Below the pieces are notes generated by a model. It saw only the letters and a list, made by a program, of their open reading frames with translations. It had not been told where the DNA came from and searched no databases. A stretch of DNA of 64,000 nt from Patescibacteria group bacterium (GTDB lineage: Bacteria > Patescibacteriota > Patescibacteriia > UBA1558 > GWA2-36-10): the NCBI GenBank assembly GCA_018819405.1, contig JAHJQF010000001.1, positions 371,277 to 435,276 on the forward strand, given 5' to 3'. Shown in pieces: positions 46,670 through 57,422 of the stretch; the first letter of the stretch is position 1, and the number at the start of each line of letters is the position of its first letter. Position numbers and translations under genes: made by a program.

Positions 46670-47095
46670 ATGGGAAAAACATTTTATTGGCTGCCGAGAA
46701 TATTTGGTATTTTATTTACATTATTTGTTTCATTGTTTGTCCTAGATGTTTTTGATGGGCAATTTTCTTGGCTAGCACTTTTGATGCACCTTTTACCGAG
46801 TATATTACTTTTGATAGTCCTCATTGTATCTTGGAAAATGGAAAGGTTGGGGGCGGCACTTTGGTTTATCCTAGTCGTGGTGTATATAGTGATGACTTGG
46901 GGCAAGATTGATTGGTCAGCTTATCTGGCCATGGCTTTGCCAGCTCTAGTAATTGGCGTATTATTTTTGGTGTCTAATGGTTATGGTTCAGGGTTTTCTA
47001 CAACAAGTGATATCTCAATACCAAAACCTCAGTTTCGGTCAAAGCAAGATGCAAATTCTGCCAATAAGAATAACGATTCGTCAGCAGTTGGCTAA
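46670..47095 (+). CDS. Hypothetical membrane protein (4 TM)
   Basis: Hydrophobic ORF with a low-complexity C-terminal tail. Confidence 0.45.
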   Translation: MGKTFYWLPRIFGILFTLFVSLFVLDVFDGQFSWLALLMHLLPSILLLIVLIVSWKMERLGAALWFILVVVYIVMTWGKIDWSAYLAMALPALVIGVLFLVSNGYGSGFSTTSDISIPKPQFRSKQDANSANKNNDSSAVG

Positions 47096-47254
47096 TAAAT
47101 ATTTAAATCTATCAAAAAACGGCCAAAAAAGTTGATAAGTTGACATTATCTGAATAGCTATTATATTTAAAGGGTAGTTAGTTGTACACGTGTTGACGAA
47201 AGGAGGGCTTTTTTGGCCGTTTTTGTTTTTCCCCAAACCAAGGAAGGAGCCAAT

Positions 47255-47407
47255 ATGGCTAAGCCGTTTAGCAGGCCTGACAGCACGCGTTGTTTTTCTG
47301 GCAAGAGGTTGAAAGCACCTTGTAGGCGCTTGAGTCGTTGGCAGCTTGTCTGCCACCAGAGAAGAAAACCCATCATTTACTATAGATTGCGGCCTTACGC
47401 GGCTTGA
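47255..47407 (+). CDS. 50-aa Arg/Cys-rich peptide (MAKPFSRPDSTRCFSGKRLKAPCRRLSRWQLVCHQRRKPIIYYRLRPYAA) with canonical SD in GC-rich patch
   Basis: SD ggaaggag 6 nt before ATG. Promoter-like ttgaca-16-tatatt at 47138-47166. Terminator hairpin agccccc...gggggct after the stop. Confidence 0.3.
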   Translation: MAKPFSRPDSTRCFSGKRLKAPCRRLSRWQLVCHQRRKPIIYYRLRPYAA

Positions 47408-47549
47408 CAAACTAGGTCTGAGCCCCCAGCTGAAAATATTTCGGTCGGGGGCTTTGCTTTTGGAAAAGTCTTGATTTTTTTAATTATTTGAGTTATACTT
47501 TTCCTGTTTTATTTTATAATTAATAAGAAATTAATAAATAGTAAATTTT

Positions 47550-48893
47550 ATGAATGGAAAAATAAAAGAGTTGATATTCTTTATCCTTGAAGTTGCTGTC
47601 ATTTCGGCAATTTTATATTTTGTCCGCAATGGGCTGGTTTCTTCAGAAAACCATGAAGTCAGTAATTATATGCCGATGTTGATTGATATTGCCTTCTTGG
47701 CCTTGTTTGCTTCTTTTGGTGGTAGGATGGCCAAAGCAATTGGTATTGCTCCAATGGCTGGCAAAATTATCATGGGTATTATTGCCGGACCGGCAGTTCT
47801 GAATGTGCTTGATCCTTATTCACACGGAGTAGAGCTGGCCAGACTAGCTGGTGTTTTATTTATATTATTTGAGGCAGGTTTACATTTTGATATGGAGCTT
47901 CTCAAAAAGAATATAGGCATTGCTACCTTAGTAGCGTTTTGTGGTGTTTTGGTACCTTTGGTATCTTTTGCCGCACTAGGACACTATGTTGTGCATCTAG
48001 ATTGGATACCAGCTATTTTCTTGGGCGGTATTTTTACAGCTACTTCAGTTGGTTTGTCAGTCGAGGCTTTGAAACGGGCTGGTAAACTGGAAACCAATGT
48101 TGGCAATCAAATAGTTGGTGCCGCTGTCATAGATGATATTTTGGGTGTTATTATTTTGACTATTTTAGCCAAATTGTCTTCTACTGGAGCAGGTGAACAC
48201 GCAGTTGCCGAGGGCGGTATCAATCCTTTTGTTGCCTTAGCAATTGGTGTAATAGTATTTTTGGTAGCTACTTATGCTCTATGGAGCTTGGGTGTTGCTC
48301 ATAAAATTTCCAAATATTTGGATACTAGATATGTAGAAAGTTCAACTGGAATATATACTAGATTTTTCTTTGGTGCTTTGATGGTCGGTGGATCAGCGGC
48401 AGCACTTTTGGGTCTAGAGCCAGTCTTGGGTGCTTTTGGAATCGGAGTAGTACTCTCTAAAGTAGACAATGAAATAAAACACAGTGCCTGGGAAAAGATT
48501 GAGGGATATATGCATATTTTTGTCGGTGGATTTTTGGTTAGTATTGGCACGATGCTTCCTCGTGAAGCTTTGGTAGATGCCAAAGTCTGGATGTGGGCAA
48601 TATTATTTACTGTTTTAGCCTTCTTTGGCAAATATATTACTAAATATTTGTTTAAAAATAGAAAAGACGGACAGTTGGTCGGATTAGCTATGGCTATTCG
48701 TGGAGAAGTAGGTCTAGTCTTTGTGGCAGTTGCTTTGGCTAATCATGCTTTGGATGCTACCATGGCCTCAGCTTCACTTTTGGCGGTAATATTGGTGACA
48801 GTCCTAGGAGCAATACTTTTTGAAAAAGAAGTAATGAAGCAAGTCAAGCATGAAAAAGAAGGTCCAGTTACTCCAAATCCGGAAACAGTTTAA
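47550..48893 (+). CDS. Cation:proton antiporter (CPA2 / Na+-H+ exchanger family)
   Basis: 12-13 TM helices with Na_H_Exchanger-like organisation. Confidence 0.65.
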   Translation: MNGKIKELIFFILEVAVISAILYFVRNGLVSSENHEVSNYMPMLIDIAFLALFASFGGRMAKAIGIAPMAGKIIMGIIAGPAVLNVLDPYSHGVELARLAGVLFILFEAGLHFDMELLKKNIGIATLVAFCGVLVPLVSFAALGHYVVHLDWIPAIFLGGIFTATSVGLSVEALKRAGKLETNVGNQIVGAAVIDDILGVIILTILAKLSSTGAGEHAVAEGGINPFVALAIGVIVFLVATYALWSLGVAHKISKYLDTRYVESSTGIYTRFFFGALMVGGSAAALLGLEPVLGAFGIGVVLSKVDNEIKHSAWEKIEGYMHIFVGGFLVSIGTMLPREALVDAKVWMWAILFTVLAFFGKYITKYLFKNRKDGQLVGLAMAIRGEVGLVFVAVALANHALDATMASASLLAVILVTVLGAILFEKEVMKQVKHEKEGPVTPNPETV

Positions 48894-48990
48894 ATTTTAT
48901 CTTTTTATAAAATCCGCCATTTGAATTTGTCTTTTGGCGGGTTTTTATTTTTGGTTTATTTATGTTAAAATGTATTTATAATTTTAAAAT

Positions 48991-49941
48991 ATGTTTACTT
49001 ACGTTTTATTTATTGCAGGCTTTTATTTTCTTATCAAAGGTGCTGATTGGTTAGTCGATGGCGCTTCTTCTGTAGCCAAAAAATTTAAAGTTTCCAATAT
49101 TGTGATTGGCCTCACAATTGTCTCTTTTGGTACTTCGGCTCCGGAATTGATAGTAAACCTTATGGCATCTTTTAGGGGCAGTAGTGATCTGGCAGTGGCT
49201 AATATAGTCGGCTCAAATATTGCCAACATATTACTTATTTTGGGTATTTCAGCTATTATTTTTCCCTTAGCTGTCAAACACGGTACTGTTTTCAAAGAAA
49301 TACCATTTTCATTATTAGGGGTAGTTATTTTGTGGTTTTTGGCCAATGATATGATTGTTGATAAAGTCGGTTTTAATGCTTTGACTAGGATAGATGGAGT
49401 AGTTTTGCTTTCATTTTTTGTTATATTTTTGTATTACAGTTTTGGTATGGCCAAAGTAGAGGGAGAGGGGGAAGATATCAAAGAAATATCCAACTGGCTG
49501 TCTATAGTGATGATTATTGGTGGCATGCTGAGCCTAGCCCTAGGAGGGCAGTGGATAGTAGATGGGGCTATTGCTATTGCTGTCAAACTGGGCATGAGTG
49601 AAGCTTTGATTGGCCTGACTATTATTGCGGTCGGTACTTCTTTGCCTGAGTTGGCGGCTAGCGCTGTAGCAGCTTATAAGCATAAATCGGATATTGCTAT
49701 TGGTAATGTAATAGGCTCTAATGTATTTAATGTATTTTGGATATTGGGAGTTAGCTCGCTTATTAGGCCGATAGTCTTTTCACCAATCTTGAATTTTGAT
49801 ATATATTTTTTGGTGGCTATTACGTGTTTTTTATTTTTATTTATGTTTGTTGGCAAAAAAAATCTTTTGCAGCGTTGGCAGGGGATATTTTTAATTGCTC
49901 TTTATGTAATTTATATTATTTATTTAATAATAAGAGGATAA
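48991..49941 (+). CDS. CaCA-family cation/calcium antiporter (YrbG-like)
   Basis: Two alpha-repeat signatures GTSAPELIVNL and GTSLPELAASAVAA. Confidence 0.85.
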   Translation: MFTYVLFIAGFYFLIKGADWLVDGASSVAKKFKVSNIVIGLTIVSFGTSAPELIVNLMASFRGSSDLAVANIVGSNIANILLILGISAIIFPLAVKHGTVFKEIPFSLLGVVILWFLANDMIVDKVGFNALTRIDGVVLLSFFVIFLYYSFGMAKVEGEGEDIKEISNWLSIVMIIGGMLSLALGGQWIVDGAIAIAVKLGMSEALIGLTIIAVGTSLPELAASAVAAYKHKSDIAIGNVIGSNVFNVFWILGVSSLIRPIVFSPILNFDIYFLVAITCFLFLFMFVGKKNLLQRWQGIFLIALYVIYIIYLIIRG

Positions 49942-49947
49942 AAAAAT

Positions 49948-51528
49948 ATGTTTGAAACTTTTCAAAATCATAATCAAGCAAGTCAAAGTCCAGATAATAT
50001 AAAAAGGTCCCCTGACAATCCTATACCTAACATGCCTAGGTCCGAGCCGTCTACGCCAGTCAAAGGCAAAAATAAATTATGGATAATGATAGTGGCTATT
50101 ATTTTGTTAGTAATTTTGGGACTTGGCGCTTGGTGGTATTATGCTTATGGTCAGGCCATAATGTTAGTCAAAGATGTGTCTTGGAGTTGGGGTAGTACTG
50201 GTATGGAAAGTTATCAGCAGAATATTGATATGTCTTTTAACATAAAAAATCAAAATGAAGCCAACAAAAATATATCTATGATGAGTTTTTTTGGTAGTAA
50301 TTTTGATTTGACTATTAATTCATCGCAAGCTTATCTTGGTTCTGATTCGGAAGGGAGCATTTTTTTGTCAGTTTCAGACAAGAGCAAAATAAATTATCAA
50401 ATAGATTTGGAATCAAAAAAAATAAGGGAAAATCTTTATTTTAAGACAAATTGGCAAGATTTAGAAACAGCCTTGATGGGTTTTGTAGATTTTAGTAGTT
50501 TGCCCGATGATGCTTGGTTTGAGATTCCTATTGATTTTGTCAAAACTCTTAGTGGCAAAATACCTGAAGATACAGAAATAGATGATCAAAAAATAGCCGA
50601 GATAAATCAAAAAGTAGATGAGTATTTGCAGAAAATAAAAAAATCCAAAATATTTCAAGTCAAAGATACTCACCAGACAGTTGAGACTCCACAAGGAAAT
50701 TTAAAAAAGATAGAATTGATTTTAAAAGCTAACAAATTATCCGACTTGATTCTTTTATCTATAGATATGCAATTAGATGTGAATACATCGCTTTATTTAA
50801 ATACTGACAAAGAAGTTGTCAAAGCCGAGATGATAAATAGTTTTGAAAAATTCAAAACAGAAAAGCCAGATGAGTGGGCAAACATCAAAGGATATTTGGA
50901 CCATATAAAGATCTTTGTTTTGATAGACGATAAAACAAAAAATATAGGTGGGTTTGAGATTTATGTAGATAATTTAGGTATCAAATCAAAAAGTTATAAT
51001 ACTTTGCTAAATGGGCAACTGAAATATTTGATGTATTATGTTGAGCCTTATCCGGTCATTACGCCACAAAATATAAAAACTCTTGATGAGTTTTTGAACG
51101 GTTTTGGTGGCAGCACAGGTGTGTTGCCAGATACAGATGATACGGATGGCGATGGATTAACTGATTATGAAGAATCAGTATTGGGCACAGATCCAAATAA
51201 TCCAGACACAGATGGTGATGGTTATAGTGATGGACAGGAAATGGAAAATGGCTACAATCCTTTGGGCGATGGTCAGATATTTGAATATGGTGATCAATTG
51301 TCAGATTTAGCCATAAGACAGTGTCAGGATGGTGGTGGTGTCTTTCAAAATAGAGAAGAAGAAATATCATGTAGCTTTATTGATAGTCAAACAGATTGTC
51401 AGGCTGTAGCAGGTTGTTCATGGAATGAGCCTGGTTATTGTCAGGAGGTAGAATCATGGTGTGTTTGTGAGGATGGCAAAAAATTATATCTTTCTCCACA
51501 GGGTATTTTTGAAGAAACATGTAATTAA
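49948..51528 (+). CDS. Membrane-anchored protein with thrombospondin-type-3-like Ca-binding Asp repeats and Cys-rich C-terminus
   Basis: DTDDTDGDGLTDYEESVLGTDPNNPDTDGDGYSDGQE; C-terminal multi-Cys module; N-terminal TM. Confidence 0.5.
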   Translation: MFETFQNHNQASQSPDNIKRSPDNPIPNMPRSEPSTPVKGKNKLWIMIVAIILLVILGLGAWWYYAYGQAIMLVKDVSWSWGSTGMESYQQNIDMSFNIKNQNEANKNISMMSFFGSNFDLTINSSQAYLGSDSEGSIFLSVSDKSKINYQIDLESKKIRENLYFKTNWQDLETALMGFVDFSSLPDDAWFEIPIDFVKTLSGKIPEDTEIDDQKIAEINQKVDEYLQKIKKSKIFQVKDTHQTVETPQGNLKKIELILKANKLSDLILLSIDMQLDVNTSLYLNTDKEVVKAEMINSFEKFKTEKPDEWANIKGYLDHIKIFVLIDDKTKNIGGFEIYVDNLGIKSKSYNTLLNGQLKYLMYYVEPYPVITPQNIKTLDEFLNGFGGSTGVLPDTDDTDGDGLTDYEESVLGTDPNNPDTDGDGYSDGQEMENGYNPLGDGQIFEYGDQLSDLAIRQCQDGGGVFQNREEEISCSFIDSQTDCQAVAGCSWNEPGYCQEVESWCVCEDGKKLYLSPQGIFEETCN

Positions 51529-51542
51529 AATTTGTTTATTTT

Positions 51543-51572
51543 AAAACCGCCCCGTTCGGGGCGGTTTTTTGT
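51543..51572. terminator. Bidirectional rho-independent terminator
   Basis: accgcccc gttc ggggcggt followed by tttttt, with A-run before. Confidence 0.8.
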
Positions 51573-51582
51573 TATCCAAAGA

Positions 51583-52803
51583 TTATTTAATGTAGTTTAT
51601 AGGGTTTTGTTTTGCTCCATTTATCTGCACTTCCAAATGTAAATGTGGTCCAGTAGACCAACCAGTAGAACCTATCAAGGCAATAGTCTGACCGCGTGAT
51701 ACAGAGTCGCCAGCCTCAACTAGCAGTTTGGAAGCATGCCCATACAAGGTTTTGAGGCCATTTCCATGATTTATAATGACGTTATAACCATATCCTTTTG
51801 ACCAACCAGCTCTTTCTACTTTACCAGCTTCAGCTGCATAGATTGGGTTGCCTGTTTTATCACCTATGTCCAATCCGCTGTGTCCCAAGTGGTAGTATTG
51901 AGTAATGCGTTTTGATAGCAATGGCCACAGCAATTTTGTATCAGTATCTATATTCTCAGCTGGTTCATATGTTTCGTTACTATAAACTGACACTTTTGGT
52001 TTGTATGAAGTAACCACTGGTGTTGGTTTGACACCATTTGGTATAAACAAGAGATCTCCAATGGCAATATCTGAGGCATCAGCTAGTTTGTTGACTTCTA
52101 TAATTTCTTTAGCATCAGTTTGGTATTTTTTGGCAATAGCTAGTACTGTATCGCCTGAAGATACCTCGTGGTTTATGCCGGAGTTCGGTAATATAGTAAG
52201 TTTTTGGCCGGGTTTTATTAGGCTACTCCAAGTGAGATCATTTTCCCATAATATAGTATTGGCACTGATGCCAAATTTTTCGGCAATTTTACCTATCACG
52301 TCACCTGGTTGGACAACATATTCAATCGGTTGAGACCTTCTGATCTGACCACTCTCCTCAAGTTGTTCGGCATCACTAGGATTGATGATGGCCAGATTAC
52401 CAGATTCCGGATTTGTCTCCAAACCAGATTCTTCTTCAAAGGGAGTTTTAATGACTACTTCTTGTAGATTGCCTTGATCTTCTAAATAACTTGAAACTTT
52501 GGGTGCTTGTATAGCTGGGCCAGACTCTTCTATCAATTCGCTCCAGCCTTCTTCTTGGCGGGATATTAGGCTAGAGAGCAATGTACGGTTGGCATATTCA
52601 TCGCTGTTGTAGCCCTGAGCCAATATATTGTGAGTGCTGACTACTGTGATAATAATAACTATCAAAGCGCTAGGCACATACTTGCGTATGAAGATAATGT
52701 AGTTTAACTGGCTCAGTTTGAAGTTTTTTAGTTTTAGTTTTATTTTCAAAAAATTTCTATATACAAATAATATAGTAGGTAGTAATGTAAATTTACCTAC
52801 CAC
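51583..52803 (-). CDS. LysM-domain M23-family peptidase (LytM-like peptidoglycan hydrolase)
   Basis: Two LysM repeats (YVVQPGDVIGKIAEKFGIS..., HEVSSGDTVLAIAKKYQTD...). M23 motifs HLGHSGLDI ... GSTGWSTGPHLHLEV. Confidence 0.85.
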   Translation of the reverse strand: MVGKFTLLPTILFVYRNFLKIKLKLKNFKLSQLNYIIFIRKYVPSALIVIIITVVSTHNILAQGYNSDEYANRTLLSSLISRQEEGWSELIEESGPAIQAPKVSSYLEDQGNLQEVVIKTPFEEESGLETNPESGNLAIINPSDAEQLEESGQIRRSQPIEYVVQPGDVIGKIAEKFGISANTILWENDLTWSSLIKPGQKLTILPNSGINHEVSSGDTVLAIAKKYQTDAKEIIEVNKLADASDIAIGDLLFIPNGVKPTPVVTSYKPKVSVYSNETYEPAENIDTDTKLLWPLLSKRITQYYHLGHSGLDIGDKTGNPIYAAEAGKVERAGWSKGYGYNVIINHGNGLKTLYGHASKLLVEAGDSVSRGQTIALIGSTGWSTGPHLHLEVQINGAKQNPINYIK

Positions 52804-53131
52804 AAATATACCCAGACCTAGAATCTTCCAAAAAATAAAGCTTTTTTTATAGAACCAAACAAGGCTATCTGCCAGGCGGATAGCTAGTTTATTGCTTATT
52901 TTCTTAAAAAATAGACGTATATGTTTGTTTTAATTTTTAAAACATAATTTGTGCTATAAATAATAACATATCAGAGCTTTTTTTAACAGTCAAGGACTAG
53001 AAGGTTCATTTGATTTTTTAGCTAGCTGATGGTAAAATTTTACTACAATTGTTGCTAATTATGGACCCCGTTAGAAATTAAATATATTTTCTAAAAGGGT
53101 AAATATAGATAAATATTAATTTCTAAATTGG

Positions 53132-55558
53132 GTGGAATACGATTTTAGAAAAATTGAAAGTAAGTGGCAAAAGAAATGGCAAGATAGCCAGGTTTTTTTG
53201 GCTAAGGATAAAATAGGGAGAAAGTTTTATGGTTTGGTGGAATTTCCTTATCCATCGGGTGACGGTTTGCATACGGGGCATCTGAGGTCTTATACAGCTA
53301 TGGACATTGTTTGTCGAAAAAAAAGAATGGAAGGGCAAAATGTGATATACCCGATTGGTATGGACGCTTTTGGTCTGCCGGCAGAAAACTATGCTATCAA
53401 GCACAATACTCATCCCGCTATTACTACGCGCAAAAATATAGAAAATTTTCAGAGGCAGCTCAAAAACACTGGTTTTTCTTTTGATTGGTCAAGATATTTG
53501 GAAACCTCAGATCCAAAATATTACAAATGGACACAGTGGATTTTTATACAGATGTTTAAAAAAGGCCTAGCCTACAAATCTACTGAAAATATAAATTGGT
53601 GTACATCTTGCAAAATCGGTCTGGCCAATGAGGAGGTGGTGGCTGGAGTGTGTGAGCGCTGTGGCGGAGAAGTGATCAAAAAAGAAAAAGAACAATGGCT
53701 CTTGAGGATAACAGATTATGCTGATCGTCTGATTGATGGTTTGGAAAAGGTAGATTTTTTGGAAACTATCAAGAAACAACAGATAGATTGGATTGGTCGT
53801 AGCCAGGGAGCGGAAGTAAATTTTAAGATTAACTCCGTTAAAGACAATTTTGCTGGTGCGACAGAGTCGCTGACGGTCTTTACTACCAGGCCAGATACTT
53901 TATTTGGTGTGACTTTTATGGTCTTGGCACCAGAGCATGATCTAATCCATAAATTTGCTAGTCAAATAGAAAATATTGAGGAAGTTAAGAAATATATTGA
54001 AGAAGCTAAGAAAAAAACAGATATTGAACGCAGTGAAAATAAAGAAAAGACGGGAGTAAAATTAGAAGGTCTTTGGGCTGTCAATCCAGTCAGTGATGAG
54101 AAAATTTCTATTTTTGTAGCTGATTATGTAATGATGACTTATGGTACGGGGGCCATTATGGCGGTGCCGGCGCACGACCAGCGCGACTGGGAATTTGCCA
54201 AAAAATATAATCTGGAGATAAGATCTGTCATTGAAGGAGCTGATACTAGTCAGGGTGCTGACGATCCAGATGCTTTATCTATCAACTCCGGCGAGTTTAA
54301 TGGTTTGAAAACAGAAGAATTCAAAGAAAAAATAGTTGATTATTTGGAAAAGAAAAATTTGGGGCAGGAAGCAGTAAATTATAAACTCCATGATTGGATA
54401 TTTTCTCGACAAAGATATTGGGGCGAGCCAATTCCGATGATTTATTGTCAGGATTGTGATTGGGTACCGGTTTCTGAAGCAGATTTGCCAGTAGTTTTGC
54501 CTGATATAAAAGATTTTCAACCGACCGATGACGGACAATCACCGCTAGTCAAAGTAGAAAGTTGGTTACATACCAAGTGTCCCAAGTGTGGCAAAGATGC
54601 CAAACGTGAGACTGATGTCATGCCCAACTGGGCTGGCTCAAATTGGTATTTTATTCGCTATATTGATAATCAAAATAATGAGCAATTGGTCAGTCAGGAC
54701 AAAGCTAAATATTGGTTGCCAGTTGATTGGTACAATGGTGGTATGGAACATACTACCTTACATCTTTTGTATTCTAGGTTTGTTTATAAGTTTTTGGCTG
54801 ACATAGGGGTAGTGCCTATTCATAACGATATAGGAGACGAGCCATATAGAAAGCGCACTGCTCAAGGTATGATTTTGGGCGAAGGAGGAGTCAAAATGTC
54901 CAAATCAAAGGGTAATGTCATCAATCCGGATGGTTATGTTTTGGATTATGGTGCCGATACTATCAGACTTTATGAAATGTTTATGGGGCCTTTTGATCAG
55001 TCTATTGCCTGGGATGATAAAGGTGTCAAAGGTATGCATAGATTTTTGAATAAAATCTGGCAACTGCAGGATGATTTGGGCGAGGGCAACAAGACTAACG
55101 AGGTCTTGCTCCACAAAACTATAAAAAAAGTCAACCAAGATATTGAAAATATGCGTTTTAATACAGCCATTTCTCAAATGATGATTTTGGTCAATGCTTT
55201 GGACAAAGAAAAAGAAATAGCAAAAGATATTTTTGAAAAATTTGTCCTTCTTCTGACGCCTTTTGCACCTCATATAGCTGAAGAAATGTGGCACAATCTA
55301 GGGCATGATGATTTTGTGTCACTAGCCAAGTGGCCTCAGTATGATGAAAATTTGGCTACTGATGAGATGGTAACTATTGGTATTCAGATAAATGGTAAAT
55401 TGAGAGACGAAGTATCTTTGCCTTATGATATCGAGCCCAGTGAAGAAATAAAACAAAAGATATTATCTCAGGATAAGGTCGCCAAGTTTATAGCTGATAA
55501 AGAAATTATAAAGTTTATATATGTAAAAAATAAAATAGTAAGTATAGTTGTAAAATAA
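53132..55558 (+). CDS. leuS: Leucyl-tRNA synthetase (GTG start)
   Basis: HIGH-type motif HTGHLRSY, KMSKS (VKMSKSKGN), editing domain; 808 aa. Confidence 0.95.
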   Translation: MEYDFRKIESKWQKKWQDSQVFLAKDKIGRKFYGLVEFPYPSGDGLHTGHLRSYTAMDIVCRKKRMEGQNVIYPIGMDAFGLPAENYAIKHNTHPAITTRKNIENFQRQLKNTGFSFDWSRYLETSDPKYYKWTQWIFIQMFKKGLAYKSTENINWCTSCKIGLANEEVVAGVCERCGGEVIKKEKEQWLLRITDYADRLIDGLEKVDFLETIKKQQIDWIGRSQGAEVNFKINSVKDNFAGATESLTVFTTRPDTLFGVTFMVLAPEHDLIHKFASQIENIEEVKKYIEEAKKKTDIERSENKEKTGVKLEGLWAVNPVSDEKISIFVADYVMMTYGTGAIMAVPAHDQRDWEFAKKYNLEIRSVIEGADTSQGADDPDALSINSGEFNGLKTEEFKEKIVDYLEKKNLGQEAVNYKLHDWIFSRQRYWGEPIPMIYCQDCDWVPVSEADLPVVLPDIKDFQPTDDGQSPLVKVESWLHTKCPKCGKDAKRETDVMPNWAGSNWYFIRYIDNQNNEQLVSQDKAKYWLPVDWYNGGMEHTTLHLLYSRFVYKFLADIGVVPIHNDIGDEPYRKRTAQGMILGEGGVKMSKSKGNVINPDGYVLDYGADTIRLYEMFMGPFDQSIAWDDKGVKGMHRFLNKIWQLQDDLGEGNKTNEVLLHKTIKKVNQDIENMRFNTAISQMMILVNALDKEKEIAKDIFEKFVLLLTPFAPHIAEEMWHNLGHDDFVSLAKWPQYDENLATDEMVTIGIQINGKLRDEVSLPYDIEPSEEIKQKILSQDKVAKFIADKEIIKFIYVKNKIVSIVVK

Positions 55559-55568
55559 TATCTCGATT

Positions 55569-56762
55569 TTGTTTGGGATAAAAAATAAAAATAAACCCAT
55601 GCGTTTTCATTTGGTAGAGGACTATAAAAAATTAGGATTTTCTTCCGGCTTGATATCCCTCTGGTCAGGCAAACTTTTGCTTGATTTTGGTACTAATATA
55701 TTTGGTTTGTTTTTGCCGATTGTTTTATATCAGCAATTTGGTAATTTTGACGCCTTGATTATTTGGTATATAGCAATCTCTTTGGGTTATTTTTTATTGG
55801 CGCCACTTGGTGGCAATATTATAAACAAGATTGGCCTAAAAGCCAGTTTACTGATAGGTGTTTTTTTACGTATACCTTATTTCTATGGTTGGTATAGGTT
55901 TGAAGAAGACCCTATTTTTTGGATGTGGGTGACGGCTATTTGTTTGGTACTTTTGAGGATGACTTTTTGGCTGCCCTTTCAAACTGACAGTGCCAAGTTT
56001 TCTTCCAAAAGAAATAGAGGCAAGCAGTTTGGCGTGATTTTTTCTCTGGCTTCATTATTTTCTATAATTGCCCCGGTAATAGGTGGCTTTTTGATGGAAT
56101 CTTGGGGTTTTGCCTTGTTGTCTTTTGTATCAATGCTGGTTTGTATATTATCTATTATTCCTTTTTGGTTTTTGCCACACACCAAAGAAAATATGAGTTG
56201 GACTTATTGGGAGACTATCAAATATTTTTTCCATCCTTTTAATCGTAGGATGGTAACTGCCTATATGTCTGATGGGGCAGTGGGCACAATCAATACAGTT
56301 TTTTGGCCATTATTTATTTTTTCAGTTTTGGATGACCGTTATCAGTCGGTGGGCTTGATTACTGGTGGGGTGTTATTATTGGGCGTTGTATTACGCTTGT
56401 TTATCGGGAATTTATTGGATAAATTCCATAAGGTAAGGATGGTTAGATGGGGCACTTTTCTTAATTCTTCAGCTTGGTTGATAAAAGTCTTAGCTGCCAG
56501 CACTGTTCAAGTTTTTTTGGTTTCTATTTATCATACTTTAGCTTTGATTGTTTTAAGGACTTCTTTAGACACCTTAGTTTATGAAAAAGCCGCAGACAGA
56601 GGGCATTATATAGATGAATATACTCTCATTAGAGAAATGGCGATGCACCTAGGCAAGGTAATTGTTTTGTGTGTGGTAGCTGGACTTTTGCTTATTTTTC
56701 CTTTGCAGGCCACTTTTGTTTTAGCTGCTTTTGCTGCTTTATTTATAACACTACTGCAATAA
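55569..56762 (+). CDS. MFS-type transporter, 12 TM (paralog of 57423..58601)
   Basis: Polytopic; shared architecture and local similarity with the downstream paralog. Confidence 0.55.
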   Translation: MFGIKNKNKPMRFHLVEDYKKLGFSSGLISLWSGKLLLDFGTNIFGLFLPIVLYQQFGNFDALIIWYIAISLGYFLLAPLGGNIINKIGLKASLLIGVFLRIPYFYGWYRFEEDPIFWMWVTAICLVLLRMTFWLPFQTDSAKFSSKRNRGKQFGVIFSLASLFSIIAPVIGGFLMESWGFALLSFVSMLVCILSIIPFWFLPHTKENMSWTYWETIKYFFHPFNRRMVTAYMSDGAVGTINTVFWPLFIFSVLDDRYQSVGLITGGVLLLGVVLRLFIGNLLDKFHKVRMVRWGTFLNSSAWLIKVLAASTVQVFLVSIYHTLALIVLRTSLDTLVYEKAADRGHYIDEYTLIREMAMHLGKVIVLCVVAGLLLIFPLQATFVLAAFAALFITLLQ

Positions 56763-56808
56763 TATATAGTATAGAGTATAATTAACTTAATAATTAATTT
56801 TTAACTTA

Positions 56809-57411
56809 GTGAAAGAAATAAAATTAGATAAAACTAATAGAATACAGGTTTTACAAGAGGCACTCCATGTTTTGAATGAGGGTGGGGTGATTATATATCC
56901 GACGGAGACATCTTATGGCTTAGGTTGTGATTTTTACAACAAAAAAGCCATGGCCAAAATTTATAAGATAAAAAAAAGAGACCAAGGTAAGCCATTGCCT
57001 GTGATCGTGCCAGATATTATAACAGCTTCTTATCTAGTAAATTTTGATGACAATTCACGGCGCTTGGCTTTGTCTCATTGGCCAGGGCCATTGACTTTGG
57101 TATTACCATTTAAATATTGTAAGTGGCAAGGACACTGTGATGATTTTTTGGCTTTGAGAGTATCTAGTCATCCTTTTGCCAGTGAGCTAGCCAGAAATTT
57201 TGGAAAACCGATTGTGTCCACTTCGGCCAATTTTCAGGGAGCCGGTAATATTTATAGCGGTAAAAAGATAAAAGCTCTTTTTAAAGGTCAAGCTCAAGCA
57301 GATCTTTTTATAAATGCCGGTGATTTGCCAGAGACTCCGCCTTCAACAATTATAAAATTCAATGGCAAACCTGAGATCTTGCGTAAGGGAAGTTTGAAGA
57401 TAAATTTTTAA
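56809..57411 (+). CDS. tsaC: L-threonylcarbamoyladenylate synthase (TsaC/YrdC)
   Basis: YPTETSYGLGCD, KPLPVIV, WPGPLTLVLP, SANFQGAG motifs. Confidence 0.8.
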   Translation: MKEIKLDKTNRIQVLQEALHVLNEGGVIIYPTETSYGLGCDFYNKKAMAKIYKIKKRDQGKPLPVIVPDIITASYLVNFDDNSRRLALSHWPGPLTLVLPFKYCKWQGHCDDFLALRVSSHPFASELARNFGKPIVSTSANFQGAGNIYSGKKIKALFKGQAQADLFINAGDLPETPPSTIIKFNGKPEILRKGSLKINF

Positions 57412-57422
57412 ATAAAATAAAA

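Noticed and set aside
47081-47410. Minus-strand ORFs 47081..47410 and 47167..47376
   Set aside because: No SD or promoter, whereas the plus-strand 50-aa ORF has a canonical SD, promoter and terminator. GC-rich patch inflates ORF length.
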